Virus record (IMG/VR): IMGVR_UViG_3300020073_000092
DNA from: an uncultured virus (IMG/VR IMGVR_UViG_3300020073_000092)
Lineage: Duplodnaviria > Heunggongvirae > Uroviricota > Caudoviricetes
Strand: one strand, 5' to 3'
Length of the DNA: 20,000 bases
Of this stretch, positions 7,665 to 17,574 are shown piece after piece. Both the position numbers and the translations under genes were made by a program. How positions within the stretch are numbered: position 1 is the stretch's first letter; every line of letters starts with the position of its first letter. The notes beneath the pieces were generated by a model. It did not search any database. It saw nothing but the letters and a program-made list of their open reading frames with translations, and had not been told where the DNA came from.

Positions 7665-8780
7665 ATGGCGGCAAGAGCCCATGCGGCACTTTCACCCTCC
7701 GGGGCGGACAGATGGCTTATCCACTGTACGCCTTCTGCCAGACTGGAGGCACAGTTCTCGGACTTGGCAGGAGAGGCAGCAGCTGAAGGTACAGCTGCTC
7801 ATGCTCTCTGTGAGCACAAGTTGAAGAAGGCGCTAAAACGCCGTAGCCACCGTCCTCATTCAGACTATGACTCAGACGAGATGGAAGATTGCGCAGATGG
7901 CTACGTGGCTTTTGTTCTGGAACAGATGCAGGGGATTCCCAATGCAATGGTGTGCATCGAGCAGCGGCTGGATTTGCGGGAGTTCGTACCGGAAGGATTT
8001 GGTACGGCAGATTGCCTAGTAATCGGTGGGGCAATTATGCACATTGTCGATTTCAAGTATGGTGTTGGTGTTCTGGTGGAGGCAGAGCGGAATCCTCAGA
8101 TGATGCTCTACGCACTTGGAGGATTATCCATGTTTGGCAGTCTCTATGACGTGTCCGAGGTCAGAATGTCCATATACCAGCCTCGCCGTGAGAACGTGTC
8201 CACCTGGTCTATCGCTGCCGATGAACTTATGGCATGGGCAGAAGAGACGGTAAAGCCCAGAGCACAGATGGCCTTCAAGGGAGAGGGAGATTTTGCGGCA
8301 GGTGTCTGGTGCCAGTTTTGTAGGGCAGCTTCCCGCTGCAGGGCAAGGGCCGAAGCCCAGCTGTGTATGGCGCAGGATGAGTTCCGTTTGCCACCCCTGC
8401 TGACAGATGATGAGATAGCAGAACTTCTGCCTCGTCTGCCAGAGATGGTTAAGTGGGCCAACGCAGTCTCAGCTTATGCCCTTGAGGCAGCAGTAAACCA
8501 TGGCAAATCCTGGCAGGGCTTCAAGCTGGTAGCGGGGCGCTCAGTCAGGAAGTATTCTGACGAGGAGAAAGTGGCCGAGGCTGCAAAAGCTGCGGGTTTC
8601 AAGGACATCTTCGACCATAAGCTCATCACCGTTACCAAGATGGAGAAGCTGATGGGTAAAGATACTTTCAACGAAGTCTTGGGGAATTTTGTTATAAAGC
8701 CTCAGGGCAAGCCAACGCTGGTGCCGGAGAGCGACAAGCGTCCGGCAATAAATGCAGATTTTACGAATTTGGAGGAATAA
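7665..8780 (+). CDS. DUF2800-family phage PD-(D/E)XK (Cas4/RecB-like) nuclease
   Basis: HAALSPSGADRW..C, EGTAAHALCE, GFGTADC...IVDFKYG, NPQMMLYALG, WCQFCRA..RCRAR. Confidence 0.92.
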   Translation: MAARAHAALSPSGADRWLIHCTPSARLEAQFSDLAGEAAAEGTAAHALCEHKLKKALKRRSHRPHSDYDSDEMEDCADGYVAFVLEQMQGIPNAMVCIEQRLDLREFVPEGFGTADCLVIGGAIMHIVDFKYGVGVLVEAERNPQMMLYALGGLSMFGSLYDVSEVRMSIYQPRRENVSTWSIAADELMAWAEETVKPRAQMAFKGEGDFAAGVWCQFCRAASRCRARAEAQLCMAQDEFRLPPLLTDDEIAELLPRLPEMVKWANAVSAYALEAAVNHGKSWQGFKLVAGRSVRKYSDEEKVAEAAKAAGFKDIFDHKLITVTKMEKLMGKDTFNEVLGNFVIKPQGKPTLVPESDKRPAINADFTNLEE

Positions 8781-8784
8781 TTTT

Positions 8785-9336
8785 ATGGCTAACAATTCTA
8801 AAACAAAAGTCGTCACTGGTATTGTGCGTCTCAGCTTTGAGCACGTATGGGAGCCTGCTAGCATCAAGGGGAGCGAACCGAAATATTCAGCTTCCCTGAT
8901 TATCCCCAAGAGCGACAAGAAGACGGTTGCGGAAATTGAGGCAGCAGTCGAGTCGGCTATCACCGATGGCATTGGCAAGTTTGGAGGCAAGAAGCCCGAC
9001 AGGGCCGTGCTGAAGCTTCCCCTACGTGACGGGGACATAGAGCGTGAGGACGATGCGTACAAGGACAGCTTCTTCGTCAACGCAAATAGCCGTACGGCCC
9101 CGCAGATTGTAGACCGTGCCGTGCGTCCTATTTTAGACAGGAACGAGGTGTACAGCGGGTGCTACATTCGTGCTTCACTTTCCTTCTACGCCTTCAACTC
9201 GAATGGCAGCAAGGGTGTGGCCTGCGGGCTGAACAACATTCAGAAGGTCAAGGATGGCGATCCACTGGGTGGCCGTACCAACGCCGTGGATGATTTCACT
9301 GCCCTGGATGGCGCAGATGATGACTTCCTTTCCTAA
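8785..9336 (+). CDS. DUF2815-family phage single-stranded DNA-binding protein
   Basis: VRLSFEHVWEP, PKYSASLIIPK, PLRDGD, EVYSGCY, GVACGLNNIQK, and an acidic tail DDDFLS. Confidence 0.92.
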   Translation: MANNSKTKVVTGIVRLSFEHVWEPASIKGSEPKYSASLIIPKSDKKTVAEIEAAVESAITDGIGKFGGKKPDRAVLKLPLRDGDIEREDDAYKDSFFVNANSRTAPQIVDRAVRPILDRNEVYSGCYIRASLSFYAFNSNGSKGVACGLNNIQKVKDGDPLGGRTNAVDDFTALDGADDDFLS

Positions 9337-9397
9337 TAGTTTATGACGGGGCGGCGGCGGTCCTAAAGCCGCTGCCTTTTGCCATAGGAGGCACAAA

Positions 9398-10141
9398 TTG
9401 ACTTTAAGCATAGATATTGAGACCTTCAGTAGCGTGGATTTATCTAGGTCAGGTGTGTACAAATATGCCGAAAGCCCTGACTTTGAAATCCTGCTCTTTG
9501 GGTACTCAGTAGATGGCGGTCCTGTCCGGTTGGTGGACTTCACGGATGGAGAGGAATTACCGCCAGAGATAGTGTCTGCCCTGCTGGATGACAAGAGCCC
9601 CAAGTGGGCATTTAACTGCTCTTTTGAGCGTACCTGTATCGCAAGGTATCTGCGGGATAAAGACAAGCTGGCAGAGGGGGAGTTTCTTAGGGACTTCAAA
9701 GACCCCAATGCTGTCTGCTGCGGAATCGGCAGGGATGTTTTCAATGCTGGAGCCAACGCAAAATTTGCCCCGTCCATTGACGAAGAACTGCAACCAACCA
9801 TGACGGCAAGAGGCCCGGGAGCTGTATCGCAGGGCTACATTGTTCGCAGGTTGATCCCCTTGGAGTGCTGCAGGCTGCAAGGATTCCCGGATTGGTGGTG
9901 CGCTGACCTTGGCACGGAGAACCCTACCGAGGAGGAAATGGCCTTCTGGCGGAATGTCTTTGAAACCCATCGCAAGGTTATGGGAACCGCCAAGAAGCCC
10001 AAGAGCGACAACCAAATCCGCAAGTGGCTGGACGATCCCCACACGGATGGGGCAGAGTACAAAATGTGGGGCAACGGCGTGGCGCTCCCATGCGTCTACT
10101 ATGTAATGATGGGCATCGCTCACTTCTCCAAGGAGTCTTGA
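9398..10141 (+). pseudogene. In-frame chimera: N-terminus of a phage family-A DNA polymerase (3'-5' exonuclease part) joined to the C-terminus of a C5 cytosine methyltransferase
   Basis: Residues 1-97 contain SIDIETFS...KWAFNCSFER (ExoI/ExoII). From about 9689: RDFKDP...VRRLIPLECCRLQGFPDWW...YKMWGNGVALPCV (MTase motifs IX and X). Confidence 0.88.
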
Positions 10142-10256
10142 TTGTATACAACACAAACCACTTGCTATTTCCTACGCATTACGGGAATATGTGACTACGC
10201 CAAGAGAATTAAGGCTTGGCAAGGATAAAGGTGTAAAGCGATAGGAGGTCACGAAA

Positions 10257-11024
10257 ATGGAAGTAAAGTACAACGTCACCGGCGCACGTCGCAAGGAAAT
10301 GGTCAGCGTGGTAAGCGCAGCCCTGGGAGGCTGGACACCGAAGTACATGCTGATGCCCAGTTGCTCCTACCAGGTGGGAGATTTCGAGATTACCAAAGAT
10401 GGCACCCTGATTTTCTCCGGTCGCACCGACACCGAGATGGTGGAGGATGTGCTGGAAGCCTTGGAGCAGGCGGGCTTTGAATTCGAAGCTCATGAAGATT
10501 TGCCGGAAGGGGAGGAACTGACCGAGAAAGAGGAATCCGTCCCCACCACGGAGAAAACAACCGCCCCCAACGCCGAAGAAACATTGGACAGCCTTTCCAT
10601 CAGCCTGCCAAGGGAATCCTTCACGGATGCCGCCTTGGAGAATTTAGACCATTTGCTGGAAGGCAAGGGCAGCCTCATCAAGAAAGCATTCGGCATCGAG
10701 GAAGCGAAATACATCACCACCGATGACAGCATCACCTTCAACTGGCTACACGGCGAAGTCACGCCAGAGAAGGCCAAAGCTGCACAGGACTTCATCGGCA
10801 AGCTCTGCGAGATGGCGAGGACCCAGAAGCGCGTCAATGCCAAGACCAAGGCGGTGGACAACGAAAAGTACGCCTTCCGCTGCTTCCTCCTGCGCCTTGG
10901 GCTGATTGGAGCCGAGTACAAGACCACGAGAAAAATCCTCATGGCGAACCTCTCCGGCAACGCCAGTTTCAAGTCCGGACAGAAGGAGGAGGCAGCAGAG
11001 AGCGATGAGACCACGGAAGCATAA
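10257..11024 (+). CDS. Conserved phage 'virulence-related' hypothetical protein
   Basis: YNVTGARRKEMV...Y..MPS.SYQVG at the N-terminus; DNEKYAFRCFLLRLGLIGAEYKTTRKIL..NLSGNASFK at the C-terminus. Confidence 0.85.
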   Translation: MEVKYNVTGARRKEMVSVVSAALGGWTPKYMLMPSCSYQVGDFEITKDGTLIFSGRTDTEMVEDVLEALEQAGFEFEAHEDLPEGEELTEKEESVPTTEKTTAPNAEETLDSLSISLPRESFTDAALENLDHLLEGKGSLIKKAFGIEEAKYITTDDSITFNWLHGEVTPEKAKAAQDFIGKLCEMARTQKRVNAKTKAVDNEKYAFRCFLLRLGLIGAEYKTTRKILMANLSGNASFKSGQKEEAAESDETTEA

Positions 11025-11295
11025 CTGGCTGGGCTTCCCAAGCAGGGAGGAGGTGGAGCGCTTGCGCTCCATCTACCCTTCGGGGCGCATTGTGATGCTG
11101 GTGGAAATGCACGATGAGCCGCAGGCTCCGCCAGAAGGAACTGTGGGCGAGATAAGGGGAGTCGATGATGCAGGCTCAGTTTTAGTCCACTGGGACAACG
11201 GCTCGTCCCTGTCCCTTATCCCTGCGGTCGACAAATTCTACCTGCTGAAGCACAGGCCAGAAGATAGCTCAAAGGGGGAGGATGACCATGAATGA
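11005..11295 (+). CDS. DUF4314-family protein
   Basis: FPSREEVERLRSIYP.G...M.D..APPEGTVGEIRGVDDAGSVLVHWDNGSSL. Confidence 0.88.
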   Translation: MRPRKHNWLGFPSREEVERLRSIYPSGRIVMLVEMHDEPQAPPEGTVGEIRGVDDAGSVLVHWDNGSSLSLIPAVDKFYLLKHRPEDSSKGEDDHE

Positions 11296-11473
11296 AAAAA
11301 TTCGTGAGTAGCTGATGCTGGTCAGGTCAAGCGGCAGAACCAACATGTTCGACACCAATGCCGTCTAGCGGATTGCCTTCGAAAACGGCTTCTATGAACT
11401 GGTGAATTTCATAGAGGAGAATAAAGCGGCCTATGTACACTTCATCATGACGGGAAAAATGCCAAATCAGTGA
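11288..11473 (+). pseudogene. DUF5049-family small phage protein with two in-frame TAG codons
   Basis: MNEKIRE*LMLVRSSGRTNMFDTNAV*RIAFENGFYELVNFIEENKAAYVHFIMTG. TAG at 11309 and 11366. GGAGG RBS. Not in the ORF track. Confidence 0.85.
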
Positions 11474-11615
11474 GCAACGGCCAACCTTTCTACTTAACAA
11501 ACACAAAAGTTTGCTGTGTATACACACCTATTTACTTGATAATCTCTCTCAAAAGAGTGATTAATACAGTAAGGAAAAACACAGCAAGCCGCAAGGCAGA
11601 AAGGGGATTTTCAAA

Positions 11616-12449
11616 ATGAAGGCAAGCACCGCAAAGCAGATTGAGAGCATGAAGCAGCAGACCATAGGCATCGAGGTGGAGATGTACAACATCACACGCG
11701 AGAAAGCCGCCAAGGTAGCCGCCGAGTACTTCGGCACCGGCCGCTTCGAGAACACCGCAGACCGCAACGGCTACTACGCCTGGAGCGCATGGGACGGGCA
11801 GGGCCGGGAATGGAAATTCCAGCGGGATGTCAGCATCGAGGCAAGGAACTCCGATGAGCAGACCAAACTGGTAAGCCCCATCCTCCGCTACGAGGACATC
11901 GAGCTCTTGCAGGGACTTTTGCGGAAGCTTCGCCACGCAGGCAGCTTATCGAATCCCCGGCATATGTGTGGAATCCACTGCCACATAGGTTTGGGAGACC
12001 ACACTCCCCAGACCCTGCGGAACCTTGCCAACATCATGGCCAGCCACGAAAGCCTCCTGATTGCCGCCATGCGCATAGACCAGAACCGCATCGGACGCTA
12101 CTGCCAGACGGTGGACAGGGACTTCCTCAAGAGGCTGAACAAAGAAAAGCCCCGCACCATGGCAAGGCTGGCAGACATTTGGTACGAAGAACAGGGAGCT
12201 AACAACGGCAGGAACCAGAATTATAACCCGTCAAGATATCGGTGTTTGAATTATCATAGTGTCTTCTCCAAAGGGATAATTGAGTTTAGAATGTTCCAGT
12301 TTGCTAATCCTACGGCAGAGCGGAAAGGTGGGATTCACGCCGGTGAGGCAAAGGCGTATCTCCAGCTTTGCCTGGCTCTTTCCCAGATGGCAAAGGAAGT
12401 GAAGACAGCCAGCCCCAAGGAACCTCAAGGGCAATGTCATACATTTTGA
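11616..12449 (+). pseudogene. Phage putative amidoligase (Amidoligase_2-type), C-terminally truncated near 12428
   Basis: TIGIEVEM, WKFQRDVSI, CGIHCHIG, SRYRCLNYHS..KG.IEFRMF. It ends abruptly after TASPKEPQ, where recombinase sequence begins in another frame. Confidence 0.88.
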
Positions 12450-13302
12450 CAACATATATGACATTGTCAAAAATGAAATCTACGCAGGGGACAGGCTCCT
12501 GCAGAAATACTTTGTGGAAGATTCCCTCACCCACAAGAAAATCGAAAACAGGGGACAGCTTCTCAAATACTACTACCAAGACACCCATCCTGCCATCATA
12601 GACAGGGCCACATGGGAAGCTGCCCAGAAAGAAACTGCAAGACGGCAGGCAGAATTCTGGCGGCCCAGACATCCCTTTTCAAGGCTGATAAAATGCGGAA
12701 TATGTGGCAAGTCCTACTGCCATAAAGCAGGCAAACGCAGTAGGGCCAAATGGGGCTGCCTCGACAAGGAGAAAGCCACAGGTTCCTGCAAGAACTTCAA
12801 TGTCATGGATAGTGAACTTTTGAAGGCATGCAACAACGTCCTTGGTCTGGAGGAATTCGACGAGGCCATATTCAAAGACAAGGTCAAGAAAATCATCGTT
12901 CAGCCGGAAGGCATTCTGGAGTTCCATTTCCACGATGGGGAAATTAAACGGGAAAAATTTATCACAGACAAGGTGGAACTACGCCGTCAGGTTGTACCCA
13001 TAGCCCTTTACCAAGGCATAGAAATCTGCTGCGGGATTCATGGCCACAGGCTTTGGCATGCCCTAATCAACGGTAGGCACTATTGGAAATGCGGCCTCAA
13101 GGTTCAGCACAAGGTAGACTGTGACTGCTGGAGTCACATCACAGGTACCAAGGTCCTGCAAATGGTCAAGAAGCTGACCAGCAGGGATGACATAACCTAT
13201 GAGAACCTTGCCGAAGTGGTGGAAAAATCCATAGTCATGCCAGATAACACCATAGAGTTCCATTTCAAGGATGGGAGGATTGAAAAATGCCCAAAACCGT
13301 AA
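12424..13302 (+). pseudogene. Large serine recombinase fragment (recombinase DNA-binding domain and Zn ribbon), N-terminus missing
   Basis: The frame extends upstream of 12514 as LKGNVIHFDNIYDIVKNEIYAGDRLLQKYF, then HPAIIDRATWEAAQ, PFSRLIKCGICG and I.FHF.DG. No catalytic YARVS domain. Confidence 0.85.
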
Positions 13303-13855
13303 TCACCATACCAGCCACCATGAACCAGTTCACGGCGGCACCTATCAATTCGCAGAAAAAGCGGAGGGTAGCCGGATACGCCAGAGTCTCCACTGACCGG
13401 GAAGAACAGCAGACCTCCTACGAGGCACAGGTAGACTATTACACCAGCTACATCCAGAGCCATGCCGACTGGGAGTTTGCAGGGATATACACCGATGAAG
13501 GCATATCTGCCACCAGCATGAAAAACGCAGCGGCTTCCTCTCCATGATAGACGATGCCATGGCAGGAAAGATAGACCTCATAGTAACCAAATCCGTGTCC
13601 CGCTTTGCCAGAAACACCGTGGACAGCCTTGCCACCATCCGCAAGCTTAAGGAAAACGGGGTGGAGAAAATTGAGAATCTGACCTATAGGAGGAGCATGC
13701 TGGATCACTTCGCCAAGGAGTTGGGGAAGCAGGAAGTTCTGATGACAGAATTTGACACCAGCCCTTGGGGTGCCCTGATAGACTACATGACCGTTCGGAA
13801 GAAGAATGACATAGATGTCACTTTCAAGGACGGGACGACAATACACATAGAGTAA
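13287..13855 (+). pseudogene. Large serine recombinase remnant: catalytic N-terminus, frameshift (A5 at 13521-13525) and large internal deletion near 13666
   Basis: [32 protein letters not shown], then in a shifted frame [32 protein letters not shown] joined directly to a C-terminal tail ending VTFKDGT. Confidence 0.88.
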
Positions 13856-13861
13856 GAGCGT

Positions 13862-13922
13862 ATCGGCGTGGCTGCGGCTGCGCCGATTTTTTGATGCAAA
13901 AAGCCCACCGAGGTGGTGGGCT
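13862..13922. terminator. Two hairpins between convergent genes
   Basis: ATCGGCGTGGC..GCTGCGCCGAT plus T-run (+ strand), and AAAAAGCCCACC-gaggt-GGTGGGCT (- strand terminator). Confidence 0.65.
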
Positions 13923-13941
13923 GGGGGGAGAGAACCATTGG

Positions 13942-14859
13942 TTAGGAGATTCCATATTTCTCGTAGAGTGCATAACGAACATTTTGGTCGTTTGTTACAG
14001 CGGCAATTTTATCGCCTTGACCGGTAGAGAGAAGGTGATTAATAAGGCGGGCGAGGCGATCTTCACCCTTTTCGATACCCTCCTCAGTCCATGCGACCTT
14101 ATCAGAATCATAGTCTAGGATGGCCATTTCTTTATTCAGATATCTAAGACGCTCATCGCTATCCTGCATAAAAATATGTGCTGCGTCAAAAGCAGTCTGA
14201 ATAGCAACATCTTTCATGGCGAGTTCCTCCTTTTCCTTTTCATCCAGTTTGTTGGAGAAGTAAGCCAGCCAACGTTCCATGCGATTCATTTCCTTCACAG
14301 GCTTCTTTTTGAACTTGGGAACCTCAAGAAAATGAAGCTCCATATCTTTGTTGAGCCTACGCTGGGTCTTAATATTATAGATGCTGAACGTGGAGTGGAA
14401 ATCCTCATCTGTTGGGAACTGGTTGTAGCGGAGAATATTGATGGTGATGGCGGGCTTGAGGTCTTGATACTTGCCGCCCCTCGACAGGGTAGTGAGGTAC
14501 ATTTGAGCCCAGTAAAAGAGTGTTCGCTTCTCCATGTTCTTCTTGTTGACAACCTGAACTTCGACATCAATATGTTCACCTTTTTCGGTAACACAATATA
14601 CGTCGAGCCGGGTGAGTTTGTCTTCCTCGTTCAATGGCACGATTTCACTGTTACGGAACTGGATATCCTTGATGGCATCTTTGCCCTCGCGCTCAAGGAC
14701 GGCATTAAGGAAATCAACGGTGACAAGTTTCCGTTCATCACTGCCGAAGATGAATTTAAAGAGCACATCATTCATGGGGTTGTATATTTTGTTGTTGATG
14801 TCCTCCATTATCTTATTGGCCATGAGGGACTTTTGGGTATCTGATTCAGGTACGGGCAT
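13942..14859 (-). CDS. Rpn-family recombination-promoting nuclease / PD-(D/E)XK putative transposase
   Basis: PMNDVLFKFIFG, RLDVYC....HIDVEVQ, KRTLFYWAQMY, AITINIL, LHFLEVPKF, ERWLAYF, EEGIEKG. GGAGG RBS. Confidence 0.93.
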   Translation of the reverse strand: MPVPESDTQKSLMANKIMEDINNKIYNPMNDVLFKFIFGSDERKLVTVDFLNAVLEREGKDAIKDIQFRNSEIVPLNEEDKLTRLDVYCVTEKGEHIDVEVQVVNKKNMEKRTLFYWAQMYLTTLSRGGKYQDLKPAITINILRYNQFPTDEDFHSTFSIYNIKTQRRLNKDMELHFLEVPKFKKKPVKEMNRMERWLAYFSNKLDEKEKEELAMKDVAIQTAFDAAHIFMQDSDERLRYLNKEMAILDYDSDKVAWTEEGIEKGEDRLARLINHLLSTGQGDKIAAVTNDQNVRYALYEKYGIS

Positions 14860-14891
14860 GCTGTAACCTCCTTGGGAATTTTCTTACTATT

Positions 14892-14919
14892 ATTTTAACA
14901 AACAGGGAATCAAAGTCAA
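14892..14919 (-). promoter_or_regulatory. Probable promoter of the Rpn gene
   Basis: TTGACT, 16-nt spacer, TAAAAT, with an extended -10 TG. Confidence 0.5.
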
Positions 14920-15014
14920 GATGATTTGAAGGGGCGAAGTGTAGGCGTTGTCTTAATAATCTGAATTGACCGTGCAAAAAGCGGTACTATGCCTTTAAGT
15001 TATAGCAAAACCCT

Positions 15015-16142
15015 AAATTTTTCCAAAGACACCCGGAAGTGACACTTATCTGGCGGCCTCATCCTCTAATGGAATCTTGTATAAGTTCTGTGAGACCGAA
15101 TCTTTTGGATGAGTACATGAACATCAAAAACCTGTATGAGCATTATCTGTACTTTATGCCCTCCCGCTACCAGGCCATGATCCGGCTGGATCAGCATACA
15201 GGGGAGATTACCTACTACAGGGAGTTCCTGAAGGAAATCCTGCCTACCATCACGGCGGAGCATATGCAGCTTATAGGCGGCACGGTCTGGATAAAGTACC
15301 CCAATCTCCTGTATATTTCAGCCTTGCAGTCCAATAAGGTCATGACCTTTGACCTGACCACAGGCGAGTATTCTTGGCAGGATGTAGGGACAGAGGACAC
15401 TGACTGCTGTGGCATGGTGGAGGAATCCTACGGCTCCGGCATTTACTGGCTGTTCCCTTGGCGGACAGAGAAAATCCGCCGCTGGGACACCCATACCGGG
15501 GAATGTGAAGTCCTGACCATGGAGGATTATCCTGCCGGCTATCAGTGCCAGACAGACTGGTGGGACTATGAGAGCCAGTATAAATTCTCAGGCATTGTCA
15601 GGCTGGATGGCTATATTTACCTCTTGCCCTGCTTCGGCAGTATGGCAATGCGCTTGAATATGGCAGAAAAGAAGCTGGAAGAGGTGGATTTGGGCCTGCC
15701 CTTTGGCTGGGACAAAAGAAAGTCCAACTACTTTATGCAGCAGTCGCCTATTACCAGCTTTGGCGGATTGTGGATACCCGGCTATCGTCCCTGGAATGAG
15801 GACTGGCCGGGGAGAGCTATCCAGTTCACCATCGACAACCGTCTGTATTGGTACGACTTCCGTACCCTTGCCTACAAAGAAATTCCCTGCCGCTTGACAG
15901 AGGAACAGGCCACGAACTGGCCAACGCCCATTGGGCAGACCTTCGAGCGTATGGGGAAAGATATTCCCTATGCAACAGGAGAGCACAGGGCTTGCCGCTC
16001 CGTCAGCCAGTACATCGAATATGTGGCAAGCGGTGTCCATGACAGGGACAAGCAGCGTGAAGCATGGTCGGAACTGGCCAAAAACATTGATGGCACCTGC
16101 GGCGAAAAGGTCAAGGAAGAAGTCCTTAGGAGGCTGGGCTGA
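15015..16142 (+). pseudogene. 5'-truncated cell-surface polymer protein (glycerophosphotransferase-associated LIWRPHPL motif plus a beta-strand-rich region)
   Basis: The frame is open from about 15006 (KFFQRHPEVTLIWRPHPLMES) with no clear RBS/start. C-terminal N.DGTCGEKV. WRPHP is normally internal in such proteins. Confidence 0.55.
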
Positions 16143-17464
16143 TGCCACAATTGATACACCTGATGTTCACAGCATGTGCAATCCTGCAGCCTGAGACGGG
16201 CTTTTTTCAGTACAATGTGCCAAACAGGCTGGCTACAGAGGGCTTCTATTTGGCAGATGATGGCAGCAGCCTTGAGCGGATGGATACCCGCTACCGTTTC
16301 GCAGTAGCTACTTACTCTTTGGAATTTCCAGAAAAATACCTGCACACTTACGACTACGCCCCGGAACAAATCTGGGGCGCCTATAGGGGCGGCCTTCGGG
16401 AAGATTCCTACTGTATGGACAAATACATCTTCAAGGAATGCTGTTACTTTCGGGTAGTGGCCAGGCGGGTAGATGGGGAAAACATCACGATAGAGGAAGC
16501 AGCTGGCCTTAGCAGTACGCTGATCTTCACCTCCACTGCAGAAAAGCGGCAGCCTCGTGTATTTGAGCAAGAAGTGGAAAGTGCAGCATACCGCATCAAT
16601 AGCTTGCGTGAACCGGGAGATTTGGTCTTGACCATATTGACGGACACGCACATGACCGTCAATGGCACCTGGCAGGATACAGCAGCGAACCTCCTGGCAT
16701 TGCATCAAAAAGCCGGACTGGATGGGCTGGTCCACCTGGGGAATCTCACCGATGGCACGGTTTCGCGGCAGATGACCTGTCGTTACGTGCAGTCCATGCT
16801 AAAGGATATGCATAAGCTGGAAGTCCCTGTGCATATTGTGCTGGGCAACCACGATGCCAACTACTTCCACGGCAATAGAGATATATTTTCCCTGCACGAG
16901 CAAGCGGCGCTGTACCAGACGGGAGCAGAGCAGTGGAAGCAGGACAGGGACAAAACCTACTATTACGCAGACTGCCCACAGCAGAAGCTGCGCTGCTTGT
17001 TCTTAAGTGCCTATGACAATGAGGCCAGGCCACGTTATGGCTTTGACCTGACTCAGATTGCCTGGGTGCGGGAGACACTTAAGGGAACACCGGAAAGCTG
17101 GCGCATATTGCTTTTCTCCCATGATGCCCCCTTGCCGGAGCTAGACCCTTGGTCAAAGGAAATACGCAACGGCGAATTGCTGCTAAAGGCATTGGATAAC
17201 AGCAAGGCGCAAATTCTGGCCTGCATCCACGGCCATGCCCATGCAGACTTAGTCCATAGGTGGCAGGGCAAGAAAAGCTTCCCTATTATATCCATAGGCT
17301 GTGCCAAATGTGAGGATATGTCCGAGCGCAAAGTAGAGGGCAGCTTCCCCCCCGCTAGAGTTTTAGGGGAAGCAAGCTAGGAGCTATGGGATATCCTGAT
17401 TATCAAAGACAGTGGAAAGCTTCATTTCGTGCGCTTCGGCGCAGGTCGTGACCGTAGTGTTTAA
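16142..17464 (+). pseudogene. Calcineurin-like metallophosphoesterase with an in-frame TAG at 17378
   Basis: DTH, HLGNLTDG, GNHD, FSH and HGHAH motifs. The frame continues past TAG as ELWDILIIK...FVRFGAGRDRSV to TAA 17462-17464. Confidence 0.85.
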
Positions 17465-17476
17465 GGCAAATAAAAA

Positions 17477-17525
17477 GCCTTCCCCTTGAGGGGAAGGTGG
17501 CAGCCGCAGGCTGACGGATGAGGTG
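17477..17525 (+). repeat. REP-like intergenic double hairpin
   Basis: GCCTTCCCC-ttga-GGGGAAGGT followed by CAGCC-gca-GGCTG and ACGGATGAGG. Confidence 0.6.
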
Positions 17526-17574
17526 TTCACACAGAAACTGCAATTATAGCAAGAATAACAAGGGAGGCCAACCA

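Larger units (their letters stand above)
7006..13855 (+). mobile_element. Defective prophage remnant of the serine-recombinase type (Firmicutes). Boundaries are approximate and may include the regulatory module at 4945-6665.
   Basis: Co-oriented DUF2800, DUF2815, DNA polymerase, methyltransferase, DUF4314, DUF5049, amidoligase and recombinase genes in the usual order for this phage group. No terminase, capsid, tail or lysis genes. No att sites identified. Confidence 0.85.

Noticed and set aside
7665..8780. Cas4-like nuclease as a sign of CRISPR-Cas
   Set aside because: No repeat-spacer array or other cas genes are present. The context is the standard phage DUF2800-DUF2815-polymerase module.
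12444..12472. Inverted repeat TTTTGACAA...TTGTCAAAA as an att site
   Set aside because: It lies inside recombinase coding sequence that reads as normal protein, and no second copy exists in the window.
14985..15020. Possible IS end at the truncation point of the 15039 ORF
   Set aside because: No matching inverted repeat, TSD or transposase to support it.
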